Virus record (IMG/VR): IMGVR_UViG_3300013901_000002
Direction: 5' to 3' (one strand)
Length of the DNA: 39,090 nt
DNA from: a virus
Shown piece by piece: positions 1 to 6,410 of the stretch. Each line of letters begins with the position of its first letter. The first letter of the stretch is position 1. The position numbers and the translations under genes are program-made. The notes below the pieces were generated by a model, which saw only the letters and a list, made by a program, of their open reading frames with translations, ran no database searches and had not been told where the DNA came from.

Positions 1-95
1 GAGGCTGCGCCCAGCTCGCCCGTGGCGGAGGCCGCGCCCCGAGTGCCCGTGGCGGAGGCTGCGCCCTGATTGCCCGTGGCGGAGGCCGCGCCATG
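1..95. repeat. Window-start portion of a 27-bp tandem coding repeat (GCCCGTGGCGGAGGCYGCGCCNNNNNN)
   Basis: About 3.5 units read directly. Minus-strand translation is GAASATG(NQ/TR/EL). The array continues at 38871-39090. Confidence 0.9.
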
Positions 96-452
96 ATAGC
101 TCGTGGCGGCTTTGGCCTTTTCGACACTTCCATCAAAGCCGGACGTCTCTTTGACCCACTCGATCTGCGCCTTTACCAGATCGGCAATCCCAAGCTCCGC
201 GCCGATCCTGATCTTCTTCGCGCAAACCTTGCTGTCGCCGTTCTGCGCGCGCTGCACGCTGCCCTCCAGCTCAACCTCGCGGTAGATGCTGCCGTCTCCC
301 GGTGCGTAATAGTCAAACACATCAAGCGGCATTGCGCAGGCGTGGAATCCTGATTTGCACAGCTCTGCCTTCGGCCCCTCGTAGGTCTCGCCCTCGGCGT
401 ACTGGAAGCCGCGACACTGCATGTTTTTGTCAAACCCCTTGTAGTACTTCAT
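1..452 (-). CDS. N-terminal part of a 272-aa wrap-around phage protein (continues at 39058..38692): conserved N-domain plus GAASATGxx nonapeptide repeats, DUF7666-like family
   Basis: ATG at 452 lies 7 nt after GGAAGGAG and makes an ATGA overlap with the upstream stop. It translates MKYYKGFDKNMQCRGFQYAEGETYEG..KLCKSGFHAC.., then enters the repeats. 452 + 367 nt = 819 nt = 273 codons across the junction. Confidence 0.8.
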   Translation of the reverse strand, partial: MKYYKGFDKNMQCRGFQYAEGETYEGPKAELCKSGFHACAMPLDVFDYYAPGDGSIYREVELEGSVQRAQNGDSKVCAKKIRIGAELGIADLVKAQIEWVKETSGFDGSVEKAKAATSYHGAASATGNQGAASATGTRGAASATGELGAA

Positions 453-802
453 GTGGTCTCCTTCCGTTCTCCGACCGCGCGTTTTTCGGCTGCGCGGCGG
501 CGGTTATATTCTTTCTGGCGGGCCAGAATGGCCTCGCGGTTTTTCAGGTAATAGGCCCGGTGCTGCGCCTTGACTCGTGGGTTCCCACGTCGGCTGGCCT
601 TGATCTCGGCGGCGTGGGCGCGGTAGTAGGCCAGCGCCCTCCGGCGGTGCTCTTCGGCTGCATCGTCTGCGCTGCACTTCTCGCGGCGCGGGACGCCTAA
701 CAGCTTGTCACGCGCCCGGCTTTCGCGGCGGTCTGCGGCGTCCATCTCGTCGTTGATGCAGTCCGGATACGGGCAGACAAAGCAGTCTTTGTTACATATC
801 AC
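449..802 (-). CDS. Cys4 (CxxxCxxCxxxxC) protein with basic AYYxxNREAI-type repeats, paralog of 792-1355
   Basis: GTG at 802 lies 8 nt after CAGGAGG and overlaps the upstream stop. The product begins (M)ICNKDCFVCPYPDCINDEMD.., matching MPICDKDCFHCPFPDCINDAMD of the neighbour. Confidence 0.65.
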   Translation of the reverse strand: MICNKDCFVCPYPDCINDEMDAADRRESRARDKLLGVPRREKCSADDAAEEHRRRALAYYRAHAAEIKASRRGNPRVKAQHRAYYLKNREAILARQKEYNRRRAAEKRAVGERKETT

Positions 803-1355
803 GGCGGGCCTCCTGCTTTCTGCGGTAGCGCTCGCGCGCTTTGGCGTTGAGCTCCTCGCGGTTGGCTTCCCGGTAGGCCTGATTCGTGGCCTGCCGTTCT
901 GCGCGGTGCGTCTCGTTATAGGCACGGTTCTTCGCGATGACCCGTTCCCGGTTTGCAGCGTAATAGGCACGATAGCTGGCGGTGCGTTCTTCGCGGTGCT
1001 CCTGATAATAGGCTTTCTGCCTGTCGCGGATCGCGTCCCGGTTTGCCTGATAGTACGCCTGCCGGTATGCTTTCTGGCGCGCGGCATATTCGGGGTCGGC
1101 CTCCCGGCGGGCCTTTGCCCTCGCGAGGATGGCCTCGCGGTTTTCAGCATATCGGGCGCGTGCTCTGGCGTTCCTGCGGTCCATCCGCTCGCGCCGCTGC
1201 TCGTCGACGCTGCGATCCGGGCGACGGCCCTGCCTTGCCGGACGCTTGAGCAGCTTGTCCCGGCCGCGGGCCTCGGCGTAGTCGTCGGCATCCATGGCAT
1301 CGTTGATGCAGTCGGGGAAGGGGCAATGGAAGCAATCCTTGTCACAAATCGGCAT
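792..1355 (-). CDS. Cys4 protein with tandem RxxAYYxxNRExI repeats (function unknown)
   Basis: ATG at 1355 follows GGAGG. The product starts MPICDKDCFHCPFPDC.. and continues with repeated AYRQAYYQANRDAIRDRQKAYYQEHRE.. motifs. The longer track ORF start is an out-of-context extension. Confidence 0.7.
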   Translation of the reverse strand: MPICDKDCFHCPFPDCINDAMDADDYAEARGRDKLLKRPARQGRRPDRSVDEQRRERMDRRNARARARYAENREAILARAKARREADPEYAARQKAYRQAYYQANRDAIRDRQKAYYQEHREERTASYRAYYAANRERVIAKNRAYNETHRAERQATNQAYREANREELNAKARERYRRKQEARRDM

Positions 1356-1701
1356 GGGCGGCCTCCTGACTGTTGGCGGCGCTGCGTGCTTCGCGCCGGG
1401 CCTTCGCCAGACGGCGGAAATACTCCGACTGGCATTCCGGGCTGCACAGCTTCGCGCGGTGACGGTGCGTTGCGGCGACAAACTGCTTGCCGCAGACGAC
1501 GCAGGTGGACTGATACGGGGGCTTTTTGTGGACGGCTGCATGGCAGCGCGGGCAAAGGACAATGACCTCGGTCGGCTTGCTGTAGTCGGGGTGATGCCTC
1601 TGCAAAACCTTGCTGACCGCGCCGCAGCGCTGGCACTCTGTGACGCCATGTACGGCTCTCTGCGCGGCTTTCCAGACGGCCGCCTTATTTCGCGCGGTCA
1701 T
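1342..1701 (-). CDS. HNH endonuclease-like protein
   Basis: ATG at 1701 follows GAGAGGAG. The product contains ECQRCG...LQRHHPDYSKPTEVIVLCPRCHAAVH (HNH/zinc-finger pattern) and a second CxxC..CxxC. Confidence 0.75.
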   Translation of the reverse strand: MTARNKAAVWKAAQRAVHGVTECQRCGAVSKVLQRHHPDYSKPTEVIVLCPRCHAAVHKKPPYQSTCVVCGKQFVAATHRHRAKLCSPECQSEYFRRLAKARREARSAANSQEAAHADL

Positions 1702-1943
1702 AATTCTGACTCCTCTCGCGCAAAACCCAAGGCTGTCAGGGCTGCTCCAGCGCCGACCTCGTCGATCAGGTAGCCGTCCGCGCATTCCGCGTGGATTTTT
1801 TTGCCGCCGTAGGCCCAAACGACGTCGCCGGGGTAGATATCTCCGCCGCAGTAAGCACAGCAGCCGACGGGGGCCGGGTCGTCCGGCGGGTCGAGCGGCA
1901 GATCGGGCACGGCCAGCGGAGGAAGAATGCTGCGGTACGTCAT
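1698..1943 (-). CDS. Small CxxC protein, hypothetical
   Basis: ATG at 1943 follows GGAAGGAGG, and both ends have ATGA-type overlaps. Confidence 0.6.
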   Translation of the reverse strand: MTYRSILPPLAVPDLPLDPPDDPAPVGCCAYCGGDIYPGDVVWAYGGKKIHAECADGYLIDEVGAGAALTALGFAREESEL

Positions 1944-2320
1944 GGCCTGTCCTCCTTCCGGGGATCCGGCGCGACGAAGCGGCGGGGGACCTTGTTGTTA
2001 GCCGGGTCGGTCAGCGCGTTGATGACAACATCCGCGTCGCAGTAACAACGACCGTTTTCCCAGTTCGACAGGCTGACGGCGGACACGCCGAGCCGCGCGG
2101 CGGCATCGCGCTGCGTCAGCCTGAGAGAGCGCCGCGCGTCGTAGATGCGGCGGCCGTCGAGCCAGCGGCGCTTCTGATCGGTGTACTCCCGGACGGGGGA
2201 CAAGCCTCGCGCCTCGCGGCACAGTGCGGTGACCTCGTCGACAAACGCGATGGCATTGCCGGTCTCGGCCCACAAGTCAGCCAGCAGGGCGACGAGCTGC
2301 AAGCGCGGTGTTCTGGTCAC
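1940..2320 (-). CDS. XRE-type helix-turn-helix protein
   Basis: GTG at 2320 forms a GTGA overlap, with GGGAGGTG upstream. The C-terminal half reads LRLTQRDAAARLGVSAVSLSNWENG. Confidence 0.7.
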   Translation of the reverse strand: MTRTPRLQLVALLADLWAETGNAIAFVDEVTALCREARGLSPVREYTDQKRRWLDGRRIYDARRSLRLTQRDAAARLGVSAVSLSNWENGRCYCDADVVINALTDPANNKVPRRFVAPDPRKEDRP

Positions 2321-2637
2321 TGCTCGTCACCTCCCTGCGGGACACGTGCCAGCAGCACGGCGGCGATGGCGGACAGGGCGACGGTGCACCACGGGGCGGA
2401 CTTGAGCAGCAGGACGGCGAGGACGATGCAGGCAACGGCTGCGGTCGTCAGCACCATGCGGCGCTCTTCCCGCTGATGGGCACGGAGGGCGGCGCGGGTG
2501 CGGCGGGCGGCCGTTTCTGCGGCAAGCTCTGCCTCCTCTAGGCGGGCGGCTGCAAGACGGCGGTCGGTTTTTTCTGCAAGGGCTGCAAACTGCGCGGCCT
2601 CGATGCGGTCGGCAGCGGCGGGTTTTCTGGCGGTCAT
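2317..2637 (-). CDS. Coiled-coil protein with C-terminal transmembrane segment, hypothetical
   Basis: ATG at 2637 follows AAGGAGAA. A hydrophobic stretch reads VLTTAAVACIVLAVLLL. Confidence 0.55.
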   Translation of the reverse strand: MTARKPAAADRIEAAQFAALAEKTDRRLAAARLEEAELAAETAARRTRAALRAHQREERRMVLTTAAVACIVLAVLLLKSAPWCTVALSAIAAVLLARVPQGGDEQ

Positions 2638-2807
2638 GGGATTTTCTCCTTTCGGCTCCGGCAGTGCCGGGCGGTGATTTTTGGTTTTCAGCGGATCGGG
2701 CTTTTGGCCTTCGGCTCCCTCGCGCGCTCACGCGCACGCCCGTAAGCAGTGACGTGAGATAAGGGTTACAAGAGGGGATAATAGGGGAGATAGATATTAG
2801 GGGGTTT

Positions 2808-2856
2808 GGGGGGAAGAAGGAAGAGGGGGAAGAAGGGGGGAGAGAAGGGGAAGGGA
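2808..2856 (+). repeat. 49-nt all-purine tract with G-runs (G-quadruplex/triplex-prone)
   Basis: Only G/A occurs from 2808 to 2856. G-runs lie at 2808-2813, 2825-2829, 2835-2840, 2847-2850 and 2853-2855. Confidence 0.9.
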
Positions 2857-2918
2857 CAAATCAAAAAGTTTTCGGAAGGTGTTGCCGGAACCTTCCTGAA
2901 AGATTTATATAAGGTATC

Positions 2919-3019
2919 GGGAAGGGTCAGGGAAGGTTCAGGGAAGGTTCGGGGAAGGTTAAGGGAAGGTTCAAGGAAGGTTCGGCAAAGGTTCCCGCCC
3001 AAGGTTCCCTTAGGGTTCG
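2919..3019 (+). repeat. Phased 11-bp direct repeat array GGGAAGGTTCA (7 head-to-tail units plus 2 degenerate copies): iteron-like protein-binding array
   Basis: Units start at 2919, 2930, 2941, 2952, 2963, 2974 and 2985. Degenerate AAGGTTCC and AGGGTTCG copies follow, and an inverted pair of the same core lies at 2874-2881 / 2889-2896. Confidence 0.85.
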
Positions 3020-3026
3020 GGGCCGT

Positions 3027-3266
3027 TTACCAGACCCCGAACTCCCCATTCTTCGCACGAATCAGCAGATTCAGGTTGACACGATAGTGCCATGTTTTCG
3101 AATTAGGTGTCTTTTCGGCACGGCAGAAGGGGCAATCCCCCTCCTGCGCTTTCATCCGGATCTCCAGCGCGGTCACGCCGCTCTGCAGGTAACGGGCTGC
3201 GTCCTCGGGGCGGACGCGGGGCAATGCTCTCAGCTCCTCTTCGGTGAGCACTCTCAGACTGGCCAT
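3027..3266 (-). CDS. Excisionase/MerR-like HTH (HTH_17-like) DNA-binding protein
   Basis: ATG at 3266 follows TAGGAGGT. The pattern LTEEELRALPRVRPEDAARYL....CPF.....WHYRVNLNLLIRAKNG resembles small prophage Xis-like proteins. Confidence 0.55.
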   Translation of the reverse strand: MASLRVLTEEELRALPRVRPEDAARYLQSGVTALEIRMKAQEGDCPFCRAEKTPNSKTWHYRVNLNLLIRAKNGEFGVW

Positions 3267-3280
3267 ATGTACCTCCTAAT

Positions 3281-3427
3281 TTAAATACGTCCGGCTTTGG
3301 CGAGCTCGATGGCATCGTGCAGCGCCTCACCGTAGATCAACAGCCGTGCGAGCTGCTCGGCAGGCAGCTCCGAGGCCAGGGCGAGCAATTTCTGCGCATC
3401 TCTGCGCTGTGCATCATTAAGCGTCAT
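3281..3427 (-). CDS. 48-aa hypothetical protein
   Basis: ATG at 3427 lies 8 nt after GGGAGGTG. It translates MTLNDAQRRDAQKLLALASELPAEQLARLLIYGEALHDAIELAKAGRI. Confidence 0.6.
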   Translation of the reverse strand: MTLNDAQRRDAQKLLALASELPAEQLARLLIYGEALHDAIELAKAGRI

Positions 3428-3665
3428 TCTCTTTCACCTCCCGTTCGTGTTCGCGTTTCCGCGCGGCGGTCGCGTGGCGGTAGGCCTCCATTGCGGAGCG
3501 CTCTGCGGCGTGGGCCTGCAGCACGGTGCGCCATGCTTCACGCTCAGCGGCCGGGGACGCGCCGATGCGGGTTTCTACAATCCACGCATTCACGGCCTGC
3601 TTGCGGGCTTCCTGCGCCTCCTGCATGCGCTTGCGGGCGCGCTGTACCATTTTTTCAGTTGTCAT
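3417..3665 (-). CDS. 82-aa basic helical hypothetical protein
   Basis: ATG at 3665 forms an ATGA overlap, with GGAGGAAT upstream. Confidence 0.6.
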   Translation of the reverse strand: MTTEKMVQRARKRMQEAQEARKQAVNAWIVETRIGASPAAEREAWRTVLQAHAAERSAMEAYRHATAARKREHEREVKENDA

Positions 3666-3916
3666 TGTGATTCCTCCTGTTCTTTTTCGGTGGGCTTTTG
3701 GTTGTGGTGCGTCGTCCTCCATGCGGCGTCAAACAGCATTGCGGCGAGCGCGGAGACGGTCTCCAAATCGTCCTGCACGCTGTCGTGCATGATGTGGGTG
3801 ATGACGTTGGCCGGGTCTTTGTTGACAAGCTCGATCAGCTGCCGGATGTGGGCCACAGCGTCAAACGTGGCGCAGCGCAGTGCATCGGAAATGGTGCCTC
3901 TGGGTTTCTGGTCCAT
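3662..3916 (-). CDS. First gene of the early operon, hypothetical (84 aa)
   Basis: ATG at 3916 follows AAAAGGAGGA. It is the first ORF downstream of the early promoter. Confidence 0.65.
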   Translation of the reverse strand: MDQKPRGTISDALRCATFDAVAHIRQLIELVNKDPANVITHIMHDSVQDDLETVSALAAMLFDAAWRTTHHNQKPTEKEQEESQ

Positions 3917-4019
3917 TGCTTGTCCTCCTTTTTCGTGATTAGGTGTTGCTGCGGAGCTTCGCGTCTGCGAGGCCGCGTCTCAAAGTTTCTTTGTGATACT
4001 AATCGGTCTCGTCGTGACT

Positions 4020-4047
4020 ATTATATCACACGTTGTGATTTTGTCAA
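4020..4047 (-). promoter_or_regulatory. Early (lytic) promoter: TTGACA-16 nt-TATAAT with a TGn extension
   Basis: On the minus strand, TTGACA lies at 4047-4042 and TATAAT at 4025-4020. The operator palindrome sits in the spacer. Confidence 0.75.
4025..4039. promoter_or_regulatory. Operator palindrome ATCACAcgtTGTGAT, with further TGTGAT-type half-sites at 3992-3997, 4075-4080 and 4098-4103
   Basis: A perfect 6+3+6 inverted repeat lies between the divergent promoters. The same hexamer recurs over the -35/-10 elements of both promoters. Confidence 0.7.
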
Positions 4048-4067
4048 TGACTTTTTCGAGAAAATTA

Positions 4068-4096
4068 TTGACTTTGTGATTTTTTTGCGGTATTAT
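4068..4096 (+). promoter_or_regulatory. Repressor promoter TTGACT-17 nt-TATTAT
   Basis: TTGACT lies at 4068-4073 and TATTAT at 4091-4096, followed by AAGGAGG and the ATG at 4121. Confidence 0.65.
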
Positions 4097-4120
4097 TGTC
4101 ACACAAAAGGAGGTGACGCA

Positions 4121-4483
4121 ATGGACGAGAGAATCAAAGAACTCCGAAAGTCCATGAAGATGACGCAAGCAGAATTTGGGAAACGCATTGGCGTCAGGCC
4201 GAACACAATTACCAACTACGAAACAGGCCTGCGCACGCCGTCAGATGCTGCGATTTTGGCAATCTGCCGCGAGTTTGGCGTATCGGAGCAGTGGCTGCGG
4301 ACGGGAGAGGGCGAGATGTTCCCGCCGCGGGACGCCCTGCAGGAGCTGACGGAGATGGCCGGGCGGTTTCTGGGCAATCAGCCGACGGAGATCCAGCAGC
4401 GGGCGGCCCGGATGCTGTTTAATCTGCGGCCGGAGGATTGGGAGCTGATCGAGCGGAGAGCGAGGGAATTGCTCGGGGAATAA
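4121..4483 (+). CDS. XRE-family CI-like phage repressor (120 aa, no S24 peptidase domain)
   Basis: The product reads MDERIKELRKSMKMTQAEFGKRIGVRPNTITNYETGLRTPS... It is divergent from the early operon and has a strong RBS. Confidence 0.85.
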   Translation: MDERIKELRKSMKMTQAEFGKRIGVRPNTITNYETGLRTPSDAAILAICREFGVSEQWLRTGEGEMFPPRDALQELTEMAGRFLGNQPTEIQQRAARMLFNLRPEDWELIERRARELLGE

Positions 4484-4486
4484 GAA

Positions 4487-4516
4487 AAGCAGCACCGGAA
4501 TGGTGCTGCTTTTTTG
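4487..4516 (+). terminator. Rho-independent terminator of the repressor gene
   Basis: The stem is AAGCAGCACC/GGTGCTGCTT with a short GGAAT loop, followed by TTTTTT. Confidence 0.85.
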
Positions 4517-4660
4517 TATATCCGCCGGGAGCTGCGCGGCCGCGAGTGCGCCGGGCGCGTCATTGTCGGCGACAACAGATAGCACGCGCAACGCACGCGT
4601 GCGATTAGCCCGCCGAAGATCGGGGCGCACAGGGCCGCACAGGGGCCCACAGAGGCATAG

Positions 4661-4688
4661 CAAAAGCCCGGTGCGGAGTGCACCGGGC
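4661..4688 (-). terminator. Minus-strand intrinsic terminator ending the accessory (LPD/cassette) transcripts
   Basis: The stem is GCCCGGTGC/GCACCGGGC at 4666-4688, followed on the minus strand by TTTTG. Confidence 0.6.
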
Positions 4689-4709
4689 AAAATTATTTTC
4701 CGCCGGGGG

Positions 4710-4737
4710 TTGACTCCGGCACGAGATACGATACAAT
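4710..4737 (+). promoter_or_regulatory. Orphan promoter TTGACT-16 nt-TACAAT
   Basis: TTGACT lies at 4710-4715 and TACAAT at 4732-4737. No ORF with an RBS follows. Confidence 0.55.
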
Positions 4738-4743
4738 AGGGCC

Positions 4744-4846
4744 AGTAAGTCGTTGGGCCACGGCTTGCCGGGTTTACGCCATTGCGGGAATCTCCTTTCT
4801 TTCTTTTTCAGCGGGGCGCCGGGTGCTAAGTGCACCCGGCGTTTTG
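4744..4846 (+). ncRNA. Candidate ~100-nt sRNA with a CU-rich (CUCCUUUCUUUCUUUUU) segment, antisense to the 3' UTR of the 4858-5667 transcript
   Basis: It is bounded by the 4710-4737 promoter and the plus-strand terminator at 4817-4846. No plausible coding potential is present. Confidence 0.4.
4817..4846 (+). terminator. Plus-strand intrinsic terminator
   Basis: The stem is CGCCGGGTGC/GCACCCGGCG with a TAAGT loop, followed by TTTTG. The minus-strand side has no U-tract. Confidence 0.7.
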
Positions 4847-4857
4847 CTGTGCATCCA

Positions 4858-5667
4858 TCAGGCGGCAGAGGCCGAGCCCGGGATGCACTTAACGTGGATA
4901 TCGTAGTAAAAATTGGTATCGAAGTAGTCTACCATGGAGTTAGAGTTGTCATAGTGGTAGGCGCGGATGATGTTATCGACGGTTTTCAGAAGCCGGAGGC
5001 CGTCGGCGTTGAGCCAGTCGGCGGACGTCTCCAGATGGTACTGGTTGACGGAGTTGTAGCAGCGGGTCATGGCGCAATCGTAGGCGTAAGCGGCAGCGGC
5101 GGCGCGGATGCGCTCCTGATCGGCGGCGGGCATATCCCAATAGGTGCCGGAGTGGATGGCCGGGCCGTCTCCGGTGTCGATCCACGGCATACCGGCGGGG
5201 ATCCGGTATGCGGCCACATAGTCGGCGCGAGAGCGGATCAGCGCGGCGGGGGCCTTGATGGTGACGGTCAGGGCCTGGCCGCCGGTATAGGTCTTGCAGG
5301 CCACGGAGACGCCTTTGATGCCCGCACGCTTGATATCGGCGCGGATGGCTGCGGAAAGCTCGGCCCCGTGGAGGTACTGGCCGGACTTGCTGCCGTAGAC
5401 GGCGCCGCCGCCCAGGGATCCACCCGTTGAGACGGTCGGGGCGATTTCGGCGGGCTCATCGGCCGATGAGCCCAGGATGGCGGCGATAATCTCGCGCTCG
5501 GAAGCGTAGCCGTACCAGCATTTTTTGACGGTATGCCAGCGCATTTTGAGCTCCTTCAGTGCGGCGCGGACGGCTGCAGAGGGCTTGCTGTCAAAGGTGA
5601 CTTCTCGGGATGCAAATTCCCGGTTTTCGCGGATCTCGTAGTTGACTTTTCCGGGGTGCTGTGCCAT
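4858..5667 (-). CDS. LPD29-like (polyvalent-protein-associated domain) protein, function unknown
   Basis: ATG at 5667 follows GGAGGT. The N-terminus YEIRENREFASREVTFDSKPSAAVRAALKELKMRWHTVKKCWYGY matches a motif I recall from mobile-element LPD proteins. The family name is not verified. Confidence 0.7.
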   Translation of the reverse strand: MAQHPGKVNYEIRENREFASREVTFDSKPSAAVRAALKELKMRWHTVKKCWYGYASEREIIAAILGSSADEPAEIAPTVSTGGSLGGGAVYGSKSGQYLHGAELSAAIRADIKRAGIKGVSVACKTYTGGQALTVTIKAPAALIRSRADYVAAYRIPAGMPWIDTGDGPAIHSGTYWDMPAADQERIRAAAAAYAYDCAMTRCYNSVNQYHLETSADWLNADGLRLLKTVDNIIRAYHYDNSNSMVDYFDTNFYYDIHVKCIPGSASAA

Positions 5668-5753
5668 AATAGTAATACCTCCATAATGTTTCGTTGTGGG
5701 TGGTGGGCTTCTCGCGTTGTGAATCCGCTAAGATGGGCAACGCGGGAAGTTTT

Positions 5754-5963
5754 TTATTTGCTGCGGATCAAGTTCTTGATCGCTTCGCTTGTCTGGTAGC
5801 CTTTCGCCCGCTCTGCATCGACCATTGCAATGATGTCTGCGTCCTCAACCTTGCGGAGCTTTAACGCATACTGTTGATATGTCTTATCGTTGTAGCGCTT
5901 CTTTACCTCGTTGCTGGTGTGCGTTTTGCGCTTCGGCTTTTCCTGATTTTCTATTGACTTCAC
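5754..5963 (-). CDS. Ribbon-helix-helix (Arc/CopG-like) protein, cassette 1
   Basis: It has a GTG start. The product reads ..KPKRKTHTSNEVKKRYNDKTYQQYALKLRKVEDADIIAMVDAERAKGYQTSEAIKNLIRSK. It is a paralog of 6411-6629 and, more distantly, 7009-7194. Confidence 0.7.
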   Translation of the reverse strand: MKSIENQEKPKRKTHTSNEVKKRYNDKTYQQYALKLRKVEDADIIAMVDAERAKGYQTSEAIKNLIRSK

Positions 5964-6063
5964 CCGCTTTCTTATGCTATACTAAAGGTGGCCGGAGTAA
6001 GGCTTCCGGCTCACCTTTTGCGGTGGAGAGTAGCGGCGCTTTTGCGTGGGCCGCTACTCTTTT

Positions 6064-6180
6064 TTATGCCTTGACCTTGCTGTCCCGGACAATCTGGGCG
6101 GCCGCCTCGGCATCCTTCGCATTGCTTTCAATCAGCTTCGCAATGTTTTCAAGGTACTGGTTAAGCTCTGCGGTGGTCAT
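6064..6180 (-). CDS. 38-aa helical micro-protein, cassette 1
   Basis: The ATG at 6180 has a purine-rich SD-like stretch (AAGGAAGTGAGGA) ending about 10 nt upstream. It translates MTTAELNQYLENIAKLIESNAKDAEAAAQIVRDSKVKA and lies directly downstream of promoter P1. Confidence 0.5.
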   Translation of the reverse strand: MTTAELNQYLENIAKLIESNAKDAEAAAQIVRDSKVKA

Positions 6181-6236
6181 TTCGTCCAAGTCCTCACTTC
6201 CTTTTGTAAAAGCTGGTTGCTTTGCCTTACGCGCTT

Positions 6237-6265
6237 ATCTTAGCACATACGCTTACCCATGTCAA
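6237..6265 (-). promoter_or_regulatory. Cassette 1 promoter TTGACA-17 nt-TGcTAAGAT
   Basis: On the minus strand, TTGACA lies at 6265-6260 and TAAGAT at 6242-6237, with an extended -10 TGn. Confidence 0.7.
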
Positions 6266-6410
6266 GCCCCTTTTTTCACATTTTTTCGGCTGTCCCATCA
6301 GGGTCTTGCAATTTGCAAAAAACTGTGCCATAATAGTAATACCTCCATGATTTTGTGATGATTTGGTGGGGGGCCCGCTCCGTAACGTGCGCCAACACGG
6401 GAGCGGGTTT

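Noticed and set aside
449-1636. 395-codon minus-strand ORF, and the long N-terminal extensions of ORFs 792-1649, 1342-1818 and 36184-37212.
   Set aside because: Only the downstream parts have RBS-preceded starts and protein-like sequence. The extensions are read-through of open frames overlapping upstream genes.
3009-3045. GGTTCGGGG...CCCCGAAC hairpin resembling a tRNA T-arm.
   Set aside because: There is no acceptor stem or anticodon arm around it. It overlaps the 3' end of gene 3027-3266 and is better read as a simple stem-loop.
2766-3087. ORFs 2766-3002 (-) and 2806-3087 (+) across the purine tract and 11-bp repeats.
   Set aside because: Their repetitive peptides are a by-product of an 11-nt period read in three frames. 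There is no RBS, and the composition is extremely low-complexity.
6227-6331. 34-codon ORF (MAQFFANCKTLMGQPKKCEKRGLTWVSVCAKISA) behind the duplicated RBS.
   Set aside because: It runs through promoter P1 and shares only the first three codons with the LPD-like gene. It is most simply a relic start, and it is kept only as part of the duplication finding.
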